Source of the DNA: Desulfotalea psychrophila LSv54
Lineage (GTDB): Bacteria > Desulfobacterota > Desulfobulbia > Desulfobulbales > Desulfocapsaceae
Length of the DNA stretch: 32,000 bases
Reading direction: 5' to 3'
Assembly: GCF_000025945.1 (NCBI RefSeq)
Contig: NC_006138.1
Location: 1,380,001 to 1,412,000, forward strand
The notes below the pieces were generated by a model. That model was not told where the DNA came from. It was given only the letters and a program-made list of their open reading frames with translations, and searched no databases. The position numbers were made by a program, and so were the translations under genes. This document shows, in pieces, positions 1-9,656 of this stretch (position 1 is the stretch's first letter; every line of letters begins with the position of its first letter).

Positions 1-1
1 G

Positions 2-547
2 CAGGGACGTATTGATATGTCCATTGCCAATATGACCCATAAGCGTGAGCGTGATAAGTCCATCGATTTCTCCATCACCTACTTTTTTGACGGACAGAAG
101 ATGCTTACCCGAAAGGGTAAATATGCGGACTGGAATGCCCTTGTTGGTAAGACCATTGCCACCGTCCAGGGAACCACCTCCGAGATTAATGTAAAGACCC
201 TTATGAAAAAAATGGGTGGAGCCGAAATTGTCTCTTATCAGGATTATCCCTCTGCCTTCAATGCCCTGCAGATGGGGCGTGTCCAGGCATTTTCTACGGA
301 TTCCACCATCCTGCTTGGCTATGCTGCACAGGAGCCGGGAAAGTATGAGCTTGTCGGTGATTTCTTTTCTCGCGAGCCCTATGGTATCGGTCTTCCTCAG
401 GATGAGTCTCAACTGCGTGATGCGGTAAACTTTGCCCTTCAGGATATGTGGAAGGATGGTACCTATATGGCAATTTACAATAAGTGGTATGGAGAGAGAA
501 CTCCCTATTATTTTCCCATGACCGAGCAGATTGAGATGTGGCCATAA
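2..547 (+). CDS. Amino-acid ABC transporter periplasmic substrate-binding protein (SBP_bac_3 family), C-terminal part; 5' end outside window
   Basis: Frame is open from the window edge; LVGKTIATVQGTTSEINVK, QMGRVQAFSTDSTILLGY and IYNKWYGE are typical of glutamate/aspartate-type binding proteins; stop TAA at 545-547. Confidence 0.85.
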   Translation, partial: QGRIDMSIANMTHKRERDKSIDFSITYFFDGQKMLTRKGKYADWNALVGKTIATVQGTTSEINVKTLMKKMGGAEIVSYQDYPSAFNALQMGRVQAFSTDSTILLGYAAQEPGKYELVGDFFSREPYGIGLPQDESQLRDAVNFALQDMWKDGTYMAIYNKWYGERTPYYFPMTEQIEMWP

Positions 548-763
548 TGGTTTGAGTTATCTGCAAGCGGAGGGGTTGTTGCCTGCACCCGTTTGAGATG
601 TGGAATGGAGTTGATCCCTGCGGCTAATGCTCTTGGGGCTGCTACGTTTTGTGGCGAGAAGCAACTTTAGCTCTGCGGAAAAATGTTGATAAGACGTTGT
701 TCTTTCAGATAAGTTAATAATAGCGAGACGATTATCGCTATTGTTTTTGGGATTAGTAGAGGC

Positions 764-2466
764 CTAGAGGTAGCATTTCATCTGCAGGTAGAAAGAGCTG
801 TCGGCGATGTCATCGGAGTATGATCCTGCTAGCCAGCAGAGAATGGGTAGGAGTCTCCGCTTTCCAGATTGGCGGGATTGCTGTCGGTATAGTCAATATC
901 GCCAGAGCCATAGCCCGGATGGAAGCTGAGGGCCAGATCATGTTTTACCTAGTGATTATAGCCACCTGTGATGCCGTGGACATTGGCATCGTATTCAACA
1001 GGGTCGGAGCTGTTAGGGGGTAGCTGTAATAGGGGCGGGCAAAGAGCCAGCTACGCTTTGCCGACAGGGCACTTGTCATCAGCGCCGATGGGTCAAGAAT
1101 GGGATCGGTTGAGGCAAGTTGGACACCTTCGTAGGCCACACTGCCTGTGGATTGTTTCTGGCCATCATGCCGAGCATGGGGCTTATAAGGTCGGTTCTGG
1201 CAATGGCAATGCTGTTGTCGGTGATGGTGTTTTTCTGACCTCTGTTGCTAGCTGTGAAACAGAGGCCTTGGGGTGGTAGGTGATGGCCAGTTTCTGTGGC
1301 GCTTCTCCATTGCCGTTTATAAGTTCTGCTGAATAATCGGGACTGGTCGTCTGGATATGGCTGAATTGATCTATGCTGGCACCTCCTGCCAGCATGGGAA
1401 TATCATAGCTGCCGTTGCTGAGGTTATTGTCGGTAAAGGCATAGAGTCTTGCATTTTCGAAGGTGACATCTCTACTGCCACCCGAAATAGTTCCCCTGTA
1501 CTCCCTATCTACCTGGGCCTGATCATTGAACTTCATGGCAAAACCGGTGATATTCACCCCATCTGGGGCAACAACCTGGTATGAACTTTCTTCTGCTCTT
1601 GTGGTGGTAAGATTAATCAGTCCGGAGGAGTGAAGGACTGGCAGAATCGATGAGTCTGACGGAGCCCCTATGTAGATGCCCGTTGCGGCACTTGTGCCGC
1701 CGTTTTCAGCCTCGACGTTGATGGTGCCGCTATTGGTTACATCTCCACGAGTCCAGATGCCTGTTGCCTGACTGCACGCATAGCCGGAAGTTGAGTTGCT
1801 GGTCGCTTTAACGGTAATATCGCCCCTGTTGTTGATATTGCCTTCTGAATCCACAATTCCCAAGGCCTTAGTCCCTCTTTTTGCCCTTGCGGTAAGAGTG
1901 ATATTGCCCTTATTGTATATATTGCCCCCTCCTGAAGTGCTCATCAGTCCGGTGCCCATTATGTCTCTGAAGTTTTTTGTTTCTATTGAGATTGTGCCGT
2001 TGTTTTCAATATCAGCCATGCTGAAAATAGCGGATGCCCAAATGAAGCCAGTGTCAACGCCATTGCTGTGTTGTGCCCTGATACTAATATTGCCCTCGTT
2101 ATTTATGTTGAGTCCGTATACAAGATTTTTTATCCCCCCTGCTCGAGAAGAATCTTCGCTTGTCACCCCTGGGTAATCGAGTCTTATGCTTCCCTGATTG
2201 GTAAAGGTCTGTCCCGTTTCGGAGTCTCCCGTGAGGACAATGGCTATTTGGGGCACTCTGCCACTGTCCGTGATGTTTTCAGTATTGGTGTCCCAGGAAG
2301 ATGCTGTGAGGTATGGTGTAGCCGCTGATGCTAGAGGGGCGGTGATCAAGAGGGCAATGGTGCCGGGGCAGAGGGTGGAGTGGAAAAATCTGGTGGGGAC
2401 TGGCTGCCCATTTTTTGAGGGCCAGGATCTAAGTTTATGTTCCTTTGGCGGAGTGACGCTTTTCAT
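764..2466 (-). pseudogene. Autotransporter-like surface protein with a frameshifted beta-barrel region; open passenger ORF is 1183..2466
   Basis: Passenger ORF has repeated N-x-G-x-I motifs (NNGTISIE, NKGNITLTA, NRGDITVKA, NSGTINVEA), typical of beta-helix passengers. Past its stop the minus strand gives fragments in different frames: QKNTITDNSIAIARTDLISP, STGSVAYEGVQLASTDPILDPSALMTSALSAKRSWLFARPYYSY, NSSDPVEYDANVHGITGGYNH*VKHDLALSFHPGYGSGDIDYTDSNPANLESGDSY, WLAGSYSDDIADSSFYLQ. Confidence 0.65.
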
Positions 2467-2756
2467 GGATGAGTTTCCTTTTGAGTTAGTTGATGGGGGG
2501 AAATCTTCTAACTCGTTGTTGATACTAAATTGAAGCGTAGTATGTCTAGTAAATGTTTAATATTGTATTGTTTTATTGCTAATTTGCCCGCCTTGCCCTC
2601 TTGGCTGAAAGCAGAGGGGGCAGAGTTTTTGTAGCTGTTGCAATGAGTTTTTTAGAAGTGCAGGGGCAAGAGGGGCTTTGGTGACTATTAGCCTGTAGGT
2701 GTATTTTCAGTTGATCAAATTTTGTCTTGGCTGAAGATTTGTAGAGGTGGCTCGTG

Positions 2757-3701
2757 CTAGCTCATCAGAAGGTGGGTGAAGAAGGTCAGGCTGAGGGCGG
2801 AGAGGAGGGTGGAGATAAAGAGTATGGCTGAGCTTTCCTCTATATAGCGGTTACTGTTTGCGGAGATAAGACAGACATTGCTGGCAAGTGGCATTGCCGC
2901 CAGAAGTACCGCGCAACTTTTCCAGATGGGATCAAGTTCCGGGAAGAGGGGGCAGAAGGCCAGGACAAGCAGGGGGCTGAATACCAGTTTACAGAGGCTG
3001 AGCCACCCCGCTTCGAGCATGGTTTTTTTTACTGGCTTGAGCCGAGCGAGGGAGAGCCCCACGGCAAAGAGGGCGGCAGCAGCGGTGGGTGATCCCAGTA
3101 GCTCAGCGGAGCGGCTGATGGCCGCAGGAATTCTGATGGTAAGAAGAGAGCAACCAATGCCAATGATACAGGCAATGATAAAGGGGGTGCAGAATGCCCG
3201 GATAAGGGGCTTGATCTTACTGCCACCGTCCCTGCCATCGTGCCTGTTGCTGGCGCAGATACTTAGGGCACAGATGCCCAGGGCTGTGAGTGTTAGGTTG
3301 ACGGTAATGGTGCCGATAACGGCCGCTACTCCACCTCTGGCCCCGAAGAGGCCGACAAGCACGGGGATGCCCATATATGTTGTATTGCCAACCGTTGATG
3401 CCATAAGGAAGAGAATATACTCTTCCAGACCCTCTTTTTTGAAAAAGAAGAGACCTGCCATGCTCACTATGATGGTGGCAAGGGAGCCAAGGAGGAAGAC
3501 CAGGATGAAATCTCCGTTGAGGATATCCGACGCCTCTGCTTGGGAGGTGGTGACAAAGAGCAGGCAGGGCAGGGCTATATAGTAGACGAAGCGGTTAATG
3601 ACCCTTGCCGCCTCCTGCCCTAAAAAATTGCCCTTACCTGCTAAAAACCCGGTCAGCAAGACGACGAATACGGGGATGATGGCATTGAAAATATCGATCA
3701 T
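2757..3701 (-). CDS. AEC (auxin efflux carrier) family permease
   Basis: 314 aa, about 10 hydrophobic segments; VVLLTGFLAGKGNFLGQEAARVINRFVYYIALPCLLF N-terminus and MPLASNVCLISANSNRYIEESS C-terminal half are AEC-like. Confidence 0.85.
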   Translation of the reverse strand: MIDIFNAIIPVFVVLLTGFLAGKGNFLGQEAARVINRFVYYIALPCLLFVTTSQAEASDILNGDFILVFLLGSLATIIVSMAGLFFFKKEGLEEYILFLMASTVGNTTYMGIPVLVGLFGARGGVAAVIGTITVNLTLTALGICALSICASNRHDGRDGGSKIKPLIRAFCTPFIIACIIGIGCSLLTIRIPAAISRSAELLGSPTAAAALFAVGLSLARLKPVKKTMLEAGWLSLCKLVFSPLLVLAFCPLFPELDPIWKSCAVLLAAMPLASNVCLISANSNRYIEESSAILFISTLLSALSLTFFTHLLMS

Positions 3702-3746
3702 GGTCTATTCTGGCTCTTTGGCTGATAATCTCTCTCGGTGGTGTGC

Positions 3747-4649
3747 CTATACAGTCTCTGGCTCTTGGTGCTGTTGGAGCAGGAAGTTGTAAAATGCCTG
3801 GTACTGGCGTGGCAGAGATCGCTTTGCTAACTTGGCTATATAAAAGGTTCTGTTCATTGAAATATCTTTGAGCTGAATCTCTCTGAGCCATCCCATTTTC
3901 AATTCTGTTTCAACGGCGTAGCGGGAGACGATGGCAATACCGAGATTGGTCTTTACCGCCTCTTTGACGGCCGTGCTTGAGCCAAAGCTGGCAACAATAT
4001 CGAGTTGGTTGGGAGAAAAGCCCGCATTGGTGAATATCTTTTCCATATTGCGCCGGGTACCGGAGCCTGTTTCTCGGGTAATAAAAGGGTATTTGCCCAA
4101 GGACTCTAACTTGATTCTTGCGGGAATGGGGTTTTCCGGGTTGGCTATGACAATGAGTTGGTCTTCACAGAGAGGGGTGAACTCAATTTTTCGGGAAAAT
4201 GTTTTGCTACCGACAATGGCCAGGAGCAGGCGTTTGTCGTGGATGGCGCTTGCCGTCCGGGTAGAATCTTTTATCTGTGTTTCAAAGATGATCTTGGGGT
4301 ACTTTTTCTTAAAGGCGGCTGCATATTTGGGGAGGAGATAGGTGCCGGGGATGGTGCTGGCACCTATGGTCAACTCGCCTGCCACTGTGCTGCCCGCAGA
4401 GGAGACCTCGTCCTTTAACTGTTTCAGATCTTCGAGTATGGCAGCGGCCTTGGGGTAGAGGGTCTCTGCCTGGATGGTGGGCATAATAGAGCGTCCAAGT
4501 CGATCGAAGAGTTTGCAGTCTAGCTGGTCTTCCAGGTTGCGGATATGTTCGCTCACCGTCGGTTGGCTGGTGTAGAGTAGCTCAGCGGCCTTGGTGAAGC
4601 TCAGGGTTTTGTATACAGCAACAAATATTTTAAGGTGACGAGTTTCTAT
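3747..4649 (-). CDS. LysR family transcriptional regulator
   Basis: HTH region METRHLKIFVAVYKTLSFTKAAELLYTSQPTVSEHIRNLEDQLDCKLFDRLGR followed by a LysR effector domain. The track ORF starts at an internal GTG (4556); homology continues upstream to an ATA codon at 4647-4649 preceded by AAGGAG. Confidence 0.87.
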   Translation of the reverse strand: METRHLKIFVAVYKTLSFTKAAELLYTSQPTVSEHIRNLEDQLDCKLFDRLGRSIMPTIQAETLYPKAAAILEDLKQLKDEVSSAGSTVAGELTIGASTIPGTYLLPKYAAAFKKKYPKIIFETQIKDSTRTASAIHDKRLLLAIVGSKTFSRKIEFTPLCEDQLIVIANPENPIPARIKLESLGKYPFITRETGSGTRRNMEKIFTNAGFSPNQLDIVASFGSSTAVKEAVKTNLGIAIVSRYAVETELKMGWLREIQLKDISMNRTFYIAKLAKRSLPRQYQAFYNFLLQQHQEPETV

Positions 4650-4670
4650 GACGTTCTCCTTCTCTCTTTA

Positions 4671-5591
4671 TCAAGAGGTGCTAAATAGATTGGTGCTGAG
4701 GTATCTTTCCCCGGTATCCGGTAGAATGGTGACAATGGTTTTTCCTATATTTTCCGGTCGTTTGGCAACTTCCAGGCTTGCCCAGAAGGCAGCGCCTGAG
4801 CTTATCCCACAGAGAATGCCCTCTTGGGTGGCAAGCTCTTGAGCTGCCACGAGTGCATCTTCGTCGTTTACCTTGATGGTTTCGTCGATGAGACTGATAT
4901 CAAGATTACCGGGGATGAATCCTGCCCCGATACCCTGGATGCCGTGGGGCCCCGGGGCTTCGCCGGAAATAACGGCAGAGGTGGCGGGCTCTACCGCAAT
5001 CACCTGCACTCTAGGGTTTTTTGCCTTAAGTACACTGCCCACTCCGGTAAGGGTGCCGCCTGTGCCCACTCCGGCGACAAAGATATCTACCCTGCCATCG
5101 GTATCTCGCAGGATCTCTTTGCCGGTTGTTTGTCTATGGATCTCTGGGTTGGCTGGATTATTAAACTGATCTGGCATAAAGCCATCAGCCAGGCCTGTTA
5201 GCAGTTCCTCTGCTTTGGTGATGGCTCCTGTCATTCCCTCGGCTGCCGGGGTAAGAACAATCTCGGCGCCCAGATGCGCCAGGAGTTTACGTCTCTCTAT
5301 GCTCATGCTCTCGGGCATGGTGAGAATGAGGCGTAATCCCTTGGCTGCGCAGACAAAGGCGAGCCCAATACCAGTGTTGCCACTGGTTGGTTCGACGATG
5401 GTTGTTCCCTTAGAGATCTTTCCCTCTCGCAGACCTGTTTCGATCATGGAGACGGCAACCCGGCATTTTACACTGCCTGCTGGGTTTCGTGATTCCTGTT
5501 TAACGAGAATGGTGGCAGCGCAGTCCCTGTCAAGTCGACCTAGCTTGAGTAAAGGGGTGTTGCCAATGGATTGTCCAATTGTTGTGGTCAT
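4671..5591 (-). CDS. cysK: Cysteine synthase (O-acetylserine sulfhydrylase), PLP-dependent
   Basis: IGNTPLLKL, VKQESRNPAGSVKCRVA (PLP lysine region), EPTSGNTGIGLAFV, GTGGTLTGVG, GISSGAA motifs. Confidence 0.95.
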   Translation of the reverse strand: MTTTIGQSIGNTPLLKLGRLDRDCAATILVKQESRNPAGSVKCRVAVSMIETGLREGKISKGTTIVEPTSGNTGIGLAFVCAAKGLRLILTMPESMSIERRKLLAHLGAEIVLTPAAEGMTGAITKAEELLTGLADGFMPDQFNNPANPEIHRQTTGKEILRDTDGRVDIFVAGVGTGGTLTGVGSVLKAKNPRVQVIAVEPATSAVISGEAPGPHGIQGIGAGFIPGNLDISLIDETIKVNDEDALVAAQELATQEGILCGISSGAAFWASLEVAKRPENIGKTIVTILPDTGERYLSTNLFSTS

Positions 5592-5599
5592 GGCCCTTC

Positions 5600-6577
5600 C
5601 TATAGATGTGTTTTTTGCCCATTTGCATGGTGCACGATAAGCTCAGGTTTTTTTAAAAATACCTTAGAGCCCTGTTCAACACTTTCGATGATCCAGCTAT
5701 TACCGCCAATGACCGAGCCCTCACCTATGGTGGTGGTGCCGCCAAGAATGGTGGTATTGGCATAGATGATAACATCGTTTTCAATGGTTGGATGGCGTTT
5801 TGTTGAGCGTAGTTTCTCGCCCGCATCGCGGGGGAGAGAGAGTGCTCCTAGGGTAACACCCTGATAGATACGTACGTTCTCACCAATAATGGTTGTCTCG
5901 CCAATAACGATGCCTGTGCCGTGGTCAATGAAAAATCCCGGGGCAATTTGGGCACCGGGATGAATATCGATGCCTGTTTGGCTATGGGCGTATTCAGTCA
6001 TTATTCTTGGGACAAAGGGTACCTCAAGGAGGAAGAGTTCATGGGCAAGTCGGTAGACCAAGGTGGCCAGTAGACCCGGGTAACAAAAGATGACCTCATC
6101 TGGACTCTTGGTTGCGGGGTCACCAGCAAGTGTTGCCCGAATGTCCTGAGCCAGTGTTGCGGTTATTTCCGGTAATTTTTCCATGAACTGAAGGGCGAGT
6201 TTGGCGCTCTCCTGTTCGCAGTTGGTGCATAGTCTGCGGTTTCTCCGGCAGTCATGGCGGATGGCCATGGTGATCTGCTCGCAGACCAGCTCATAAAGAT
6301 CCATGGTCTCCTTGCCAATATAGTACTCAATATTGGAGGCATGGAGCTTGGTTGTGGTGAAGTAGCCGGGGAATATGATGCGACGTGCCTGGAGGGCAAT
6401 ATCGATAATTTTTTCCTGAGAGGGGATGCAAACAGGACTGATATGGTCAAAGCATTCCTTGGTGCTCCAGCCTGAGAGCATTTTTTTTACGATATCTGGA
6501 AGTTGGTTATGCTTACTGTTTTCTGTGATCTTAACGTGATCGCAAAGTTCTGGGATGGTAGGAATCGTTTTTTCCAT
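5600..6577 (-). CDS. cysE: Serine O-acetyltransferase, long form
   Basis: HSQTGIDIHPGAQIAPGFFIDHGTGIVIGETTIIGENVRIYQGVTLGA followed by left-handed beta-helix hexapeptides. Confidence 0.92.
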   Translation of the reverse strand: MEKTIPTIPELCDHVKITENSKHNQLPDIVKKMLSGWSTKECFDHISPVCIPSQEKIIDIALQARRIIFPGYFTTTKLHASNIEYYIGKETMDLYELVCEQITMAIRHDCRRNRRLCTNCEQESAKLALQFMEKLPEITATLAQDIRATLAGDPATKSPDEVIFCYPGLLATLVYRLAHELFLLEVPFVPRIMTEYAHSQTGIDIHPGAQIAPGFFIDHGTGIVIGETTIIGENVRIYQGVTLGALSLPRDAGEKLRSTKRHPTIENDVIIYANTTILGGTTTIGEGSVIGGNSWIIESVEQGSKVFLKKPELIVHHANGQKTHL

Positions 6578-6600
6578 GGTAACAGCCTTGTGTTTTACTT

Positions 6601-7224
6601 TTATTGTTTTGCTATAACGAAGATGCCGTAGGTCGCCCGAAGATTAATGAAGCGTTGTATTATATGGCCTTTAGTGCTTTTCGGGTTGGTGTTGATGGCA
6701 ATTTCTTTGACTATGCTGTAGCCCACCTCTCTGGCAAAGATGCGAAAATCTTTGAGGGTGATAACCCTGATATTTGGTGTGTCATACCAAGAGTAGGGAA
6801 GGTGGTCGTTTTTGGGGGCCATGCCGCGTAGGAGTAGTCCCTGTCTGATGGAGTAGTGGCTGAAATTTGGAAAACTGACAATAACATAGCGGCCAATGCG
6901 GGCAAGGGACTGCAGCAGTTTGTTTGGTGCAAAGACCTGTTGCAGGGTCTGGCTGAGGATAACATAGTCAAAGTAGTTGTCGGGGTAATCTTCAACCTCT
7001 TCGTTGAGATCCCCCTGCAGGACGGTAAGGCCACGAGAGATACAGTTTGTGACTTTCTTTTGATCCTGCTCAATGCCTGTGCCTTGAACGTCTTTGTTCT
7101 CCTTGAGCCAGGCAAGGAGGTCACCGTTGCCGCAACCGAGGTCAAGCACCCGGCTACCCGGTTCTACCACCTCGGCTATTACCTGCAGGTCAAAGCGAAA
7201 ATTTTCTACTTTTTCTATATTCAT
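6601..7224 (-). CDS. metW: MetW, methionine biosynthesis methyltransferase-like protein
   Basis: VEPGSRVLDLGCGNGDLLAWL, DYFDYVILSQTLQQV, GRYVIVSFPNFSHYSIR, LPYSWYDTPNIR(V)IT; directly downstream of metX. Confidence 0.93.
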   Translation of the reverse strand: MNIEKVENFRFDLQVIAEVVEPGSRVLDLGCGNGDLLAWLKENKDVQGTGIEQDQKKVTNCISRGLTVLQGDLNEEVEDYPDNYFDYVILSQTLQQVFAPNKLLQSLARIGRYVIVSFPNFSHYSIRQGLLLRGMAPKNDHLPYSWYDTPNIRVITLKDFRIFAREVGYSIVKEIAINTNPKSTKGHIIQRFINLRATYGIFVIAKQ

Positions 7225-7248
7225 CTTTTCTTGGTGGTAATGGTGAAA

Positions 7249-8421
7249 TTATATCTCGGCAATGCCCGTATAGATGCCGGCCAGAAAGCCCCTCATCAGT
7301 TGCTCCAGGCGATCATCGGGAATAAGAAATGCGTCGTGACCACAGTCGGATTCTATTTCAGAAAAACTGACGTTTCGTCCGGAGCGTTTTAAGGCCTTTA
7401 CCAAATCTCTGGCCTGATAGGTTGGATAGAGCCAGTCAGAGCTATATGAGATGACAAGGTATTTCTGCTGTGGCGCAGTGAGTTCTGTTTCTGGTCCGGA
7501 TGTGCTGATCCGTTCAACAATGTCAAAATAATCCGACGCCTTGGTGATATAGAGCAGGGAGTTGGCGTCAAAGCGGTGCACGAATTTATTGCCCTGATAG
7601 CGGAGGTAGGATTCCACCTGAAAGTCTGCGTCAAAACCATAGGAGAGATTCTCCTTTTCCTGAAGGTTGCGGCCAAACTTACGGCGCATTGCCTCGTCGG
7701 AGAGGTAGGTGACATGGCCGACCATGCGGGCCACGGCAAGGCCTGTGTCCGGATGGGCCTGGCCGTAATATTTCCCCCTGTTCCAGTGAGGGTCAGTCAT
7801 AATAGCCTGTCTGGCAATTTCGTTAAAGGCGATGGCCAGGGCCGAGTGGCGCATGGTGGTGGCAATAGGGATAACAGAGTGCATCATCTCGGGGTAGCGA
7901 ATCGCCCATTCCAGGGTCTGCATGCCGCCCACGGAACCGCCGATTACGGCAAGTAACTTGGGGATACCCAGATGGTCAATAAGGAGCTTTTGGGTGGCAA
8001 CCATGTCACCGATGGTAACCATAGGGAAATCAAGTGCATAGGCCTCCCCGGTTTCCGAATTCTTACTGGCGGGGCCGGTGGTGCCATTACAGCTACCGAG
8101 GATATTGGAGCAGATAATAAAGTATTTGTCGGTGTCAATACCCTTGCCCGGGCCGACAAGAAAGTCCCACCAACCTGGTTTTTCCTTGGGGCCATCCGTG
8201 GCATAGTGCCCCGCAACATGGGAGTCTCCTGAAAAGGCGTGGTTGATCAGGATGGCATTATCCTTTCTGGCTGATAAATTGCCATAGGTTTCGTAGGCAA
8301 TGGTTATGGGGCCTAATTTGGCACCATTTTCCAGGATAAGGGGGCTTGGTACTTGGGCGCAGGTGAAAAATTGTTTTTCAACGATGCCCACGGATTTATG
8401 ATCTTTTATCTCTTTTTCCAT
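7249..8421 (-). CDS. metX: Homoserine O-acetyltransferase
   Basis: ENAVLINHAFSGDSH-like region, DKYFIICSNILGSCNGTTGP, AVIGGSVGGMQTLEWA, CGHDAFL. Track ORF begins at 8508, but ATG at 8421 (MEKEIKDHK) is the likelier start. Confidence 0.93.
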   Translation of the reverse strand: MEKEIKDHKSVGIVEKQFFTCAQVPSPLILENGAKLGPITIAYETYGNLSARKDNAILINHAFSGDSHVAGHYATDGPKEKPGWWDFLVGPGKGIDTDKYFIICSNILGSCNGTTGPASKNSETGEAYALDFPMVTIGDMVATQKLLIDHLGIPKLLAVIGGSVGGMQTLEWAIRYPEMMHSVIPIATTMRHSALAIAFNEIARQAIMTDPHWNRGKYYGQAHPDTGLAVARMVGHVTYLSDEAMRRKFGRNLQEKENLSYGFDADFQVESYLRYQGNKFVHRFDANSLLYITKASDYFDIVERISTSGPETELTAPQQKYLVISYSSDWLYPTYQARDLVKALKRSGRNVSFSEIESDCGHDAFLIPDDRLEQLMRGFLAGIYTGIAEI

Positions 8422-8629
8422 TGTCTTTTTATGTCGGTACGGAACCAATATTTTTTGTCGCGCAACAGGAGGAAAGAGACAAGCTGAAAAGGTTTCAATC
8501 CGTTGCATCTATGGCGTATATTACGGCAAAACATACTACCAAAATGTGGATAATATTGCTGTGCTAGAATGGGTATCCTTAAATTTTTTTATACAAGACC
8601 CGCTCTTGTTAGTGAGAAGAGGTGTCTTT

Positions 8630-9223
8630 CTACTGGGCCGGTTGCACTGTCTCTTCTGTCTTGAGGTATTCAACAAATTCTGAGACCTTGCCGCCATTGC
8701 TTGATTGGGCCTCAGGGTTTACCCGGAGAAGTTCTTCGAAACTGGCGATGGCTTGCTGTCGTTGGTTGAGGTCGTAAAGGAGAACAATGCCCCTGTTGAA
8801 GAGGGCGGTCTCGTGTTTGGGGTTGATGGCTATGGCCTTGTTAAAAGAGTCGATGGCCTTTTGCGCTTGTTCGTTGCGGCGATACATGACTCCCAGGTCT
8901 GTCCACAGGGCAGCGTCGTTTGGTTTGAGAAGGATTGATTTTTTATAGGCAGCAATAGCCTTCTTATGCTGGTTGGAGTCAAAGTACATATGGCTGAGCT
9001 GAATCCATGAGTCCAGATCCTCGGGCTTGTCCTTGACAAGTTCCTCAAGTTTGTGGAGTTGCTCGTGGTTAATGGCCGGGATTTTTGCTGTGGAGGGTAT
9101 TTGCTTATTTGAGAGTTGTGGCTGAAGTTTGTATACGCTAATGCCTACGCCGGAGATAAATCCACAGATGAAGATGAATGCCCAAACGAGATAGTGGTTG
9201 GGTGAATTCTTGGTTGTTTTCAT
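8630..9223 (-). CDS. Membrane-anchored tetratricopeptide repeat protein
   Basis: N-terminal TM segment (YLVWAFIFICGFISGVGISVY) followed by three or more TPR units (HMYFDSNQHKKAIAAYKKSILLKPNDAALWTDLGVMYRRNEQAQKAIDSFNKAIAINPKHETALFNRG). Confidence 0.85.
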   Translation of the reverse strand: MKTTKNSPNHYLVWAFIFICGFISGVGISVYKLQPQLSNKQIPSTAKIPAINHEQLHKLEELVKDKPEDLDSWIQLSHMYFDSNQHKKAIAAYKKSILLKPNDAALWTDLGVMYRRNEQAQKAIDSFNKAIAINPKHETALFNRGIVLLYDLNQRQQAIASFEELLRVNPEAQSSNGGKVSEFVEYLKTEETVQPAQ

Positions 9224-9486
9224 GGTATTTTTTTTGGATAATGTTGATGTTTTTATCTAAGTGAATATTCCTAGTATGCTGTACAGTAGATAAAAGTATA
9301 GCTGATTGTGCTTTTTGTCCAGTATGAAGAAATTGCTCTGTAGGCTTTCTGCGGGGGAAGGGGTCCTGCTGTTTCTGCGGATGCCTTTTACGTTGACCTA
9401 GGATTTGATATCAGGTATTTACTGTCCGAAAAAAAATCAACGGGGAGGCAAGGCTGTTATGGATTTATTTGTTGGGCATAAAAAAA

Positions 9487-9513
9487 GGGATAACAAACGA
9501 AGCTTGTTATCCC
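9487..9513 (-). terminator. Intrinsic terminator downstream of tRNA-Cys (bidirectional sequence)
   Basis: Perfect 10-bp stem GGGATAACAA / TTGTTATCCC with A6 on one side and T5 on the other. Confidence 0.8.
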
Positions 9514-9525
9514 TTTTTCAATTAC

Positions 9526-9600
9526 TGGAGGCGACGAGCGGATTTGAACCGCTGAATCATGGTTTTGCAGACCAGTGCCTTACCACTTGGCCACGTCGCC
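9526..9600 (-). tRNA. tRNA-Cys (anticodon GCA), CCA encoded
   Basis: Minus strand GGCGACGTGGCCAAGTGGTAAGGCACTGGTCTGCAAAACCATGATTCAGCGGTTCAAATCCGCTCGTCGCCTCCA: 7-bp acceptor GGCGACG/CGTCGCC, anticodon loop CTGCAAA, T arm CGGTTCAAATC, 3' CCA. Confidence 0.97.
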
Positions 9601-9656
9601 CCGTTGTGCAGACTTTTATACCATAGATTTTAATTAAGACAAGGGGAAAATTTAAC

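Noticed and set aside
968-2533. Plus-strand ORFs in the autotransporter region (968..1279, 1357..1584, 1796..2176, 2068..2328, 2198..2533)
   Set aside because: Shadow frames opposite a coherent beta-helix passenger and its barrel remnants.
2878-3582. 234-aa plus-strand ORF
   Set aside because: Low-complexity shadow ORF antisense to the well-supported AEC permease gene.
3931-4341. 136-aa plus-strand ORF
   Set aside because: Antisense to the LysR gene with no plausible domain.
8422-8629. Possible SAM riboswitch upstream of metX
   Set aside because: No SAM-I/II core motifs recognised on the minus strand; a covariance-model search would be needed to exclude it.
9405-9626. 73-aa ORF ending EATSGFEPLNHGFADQCLTTWPRRPV
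   Set aside because: It is a readthrough of the tRNA-Cys complement; the tRNA and terminator explain the sequence.
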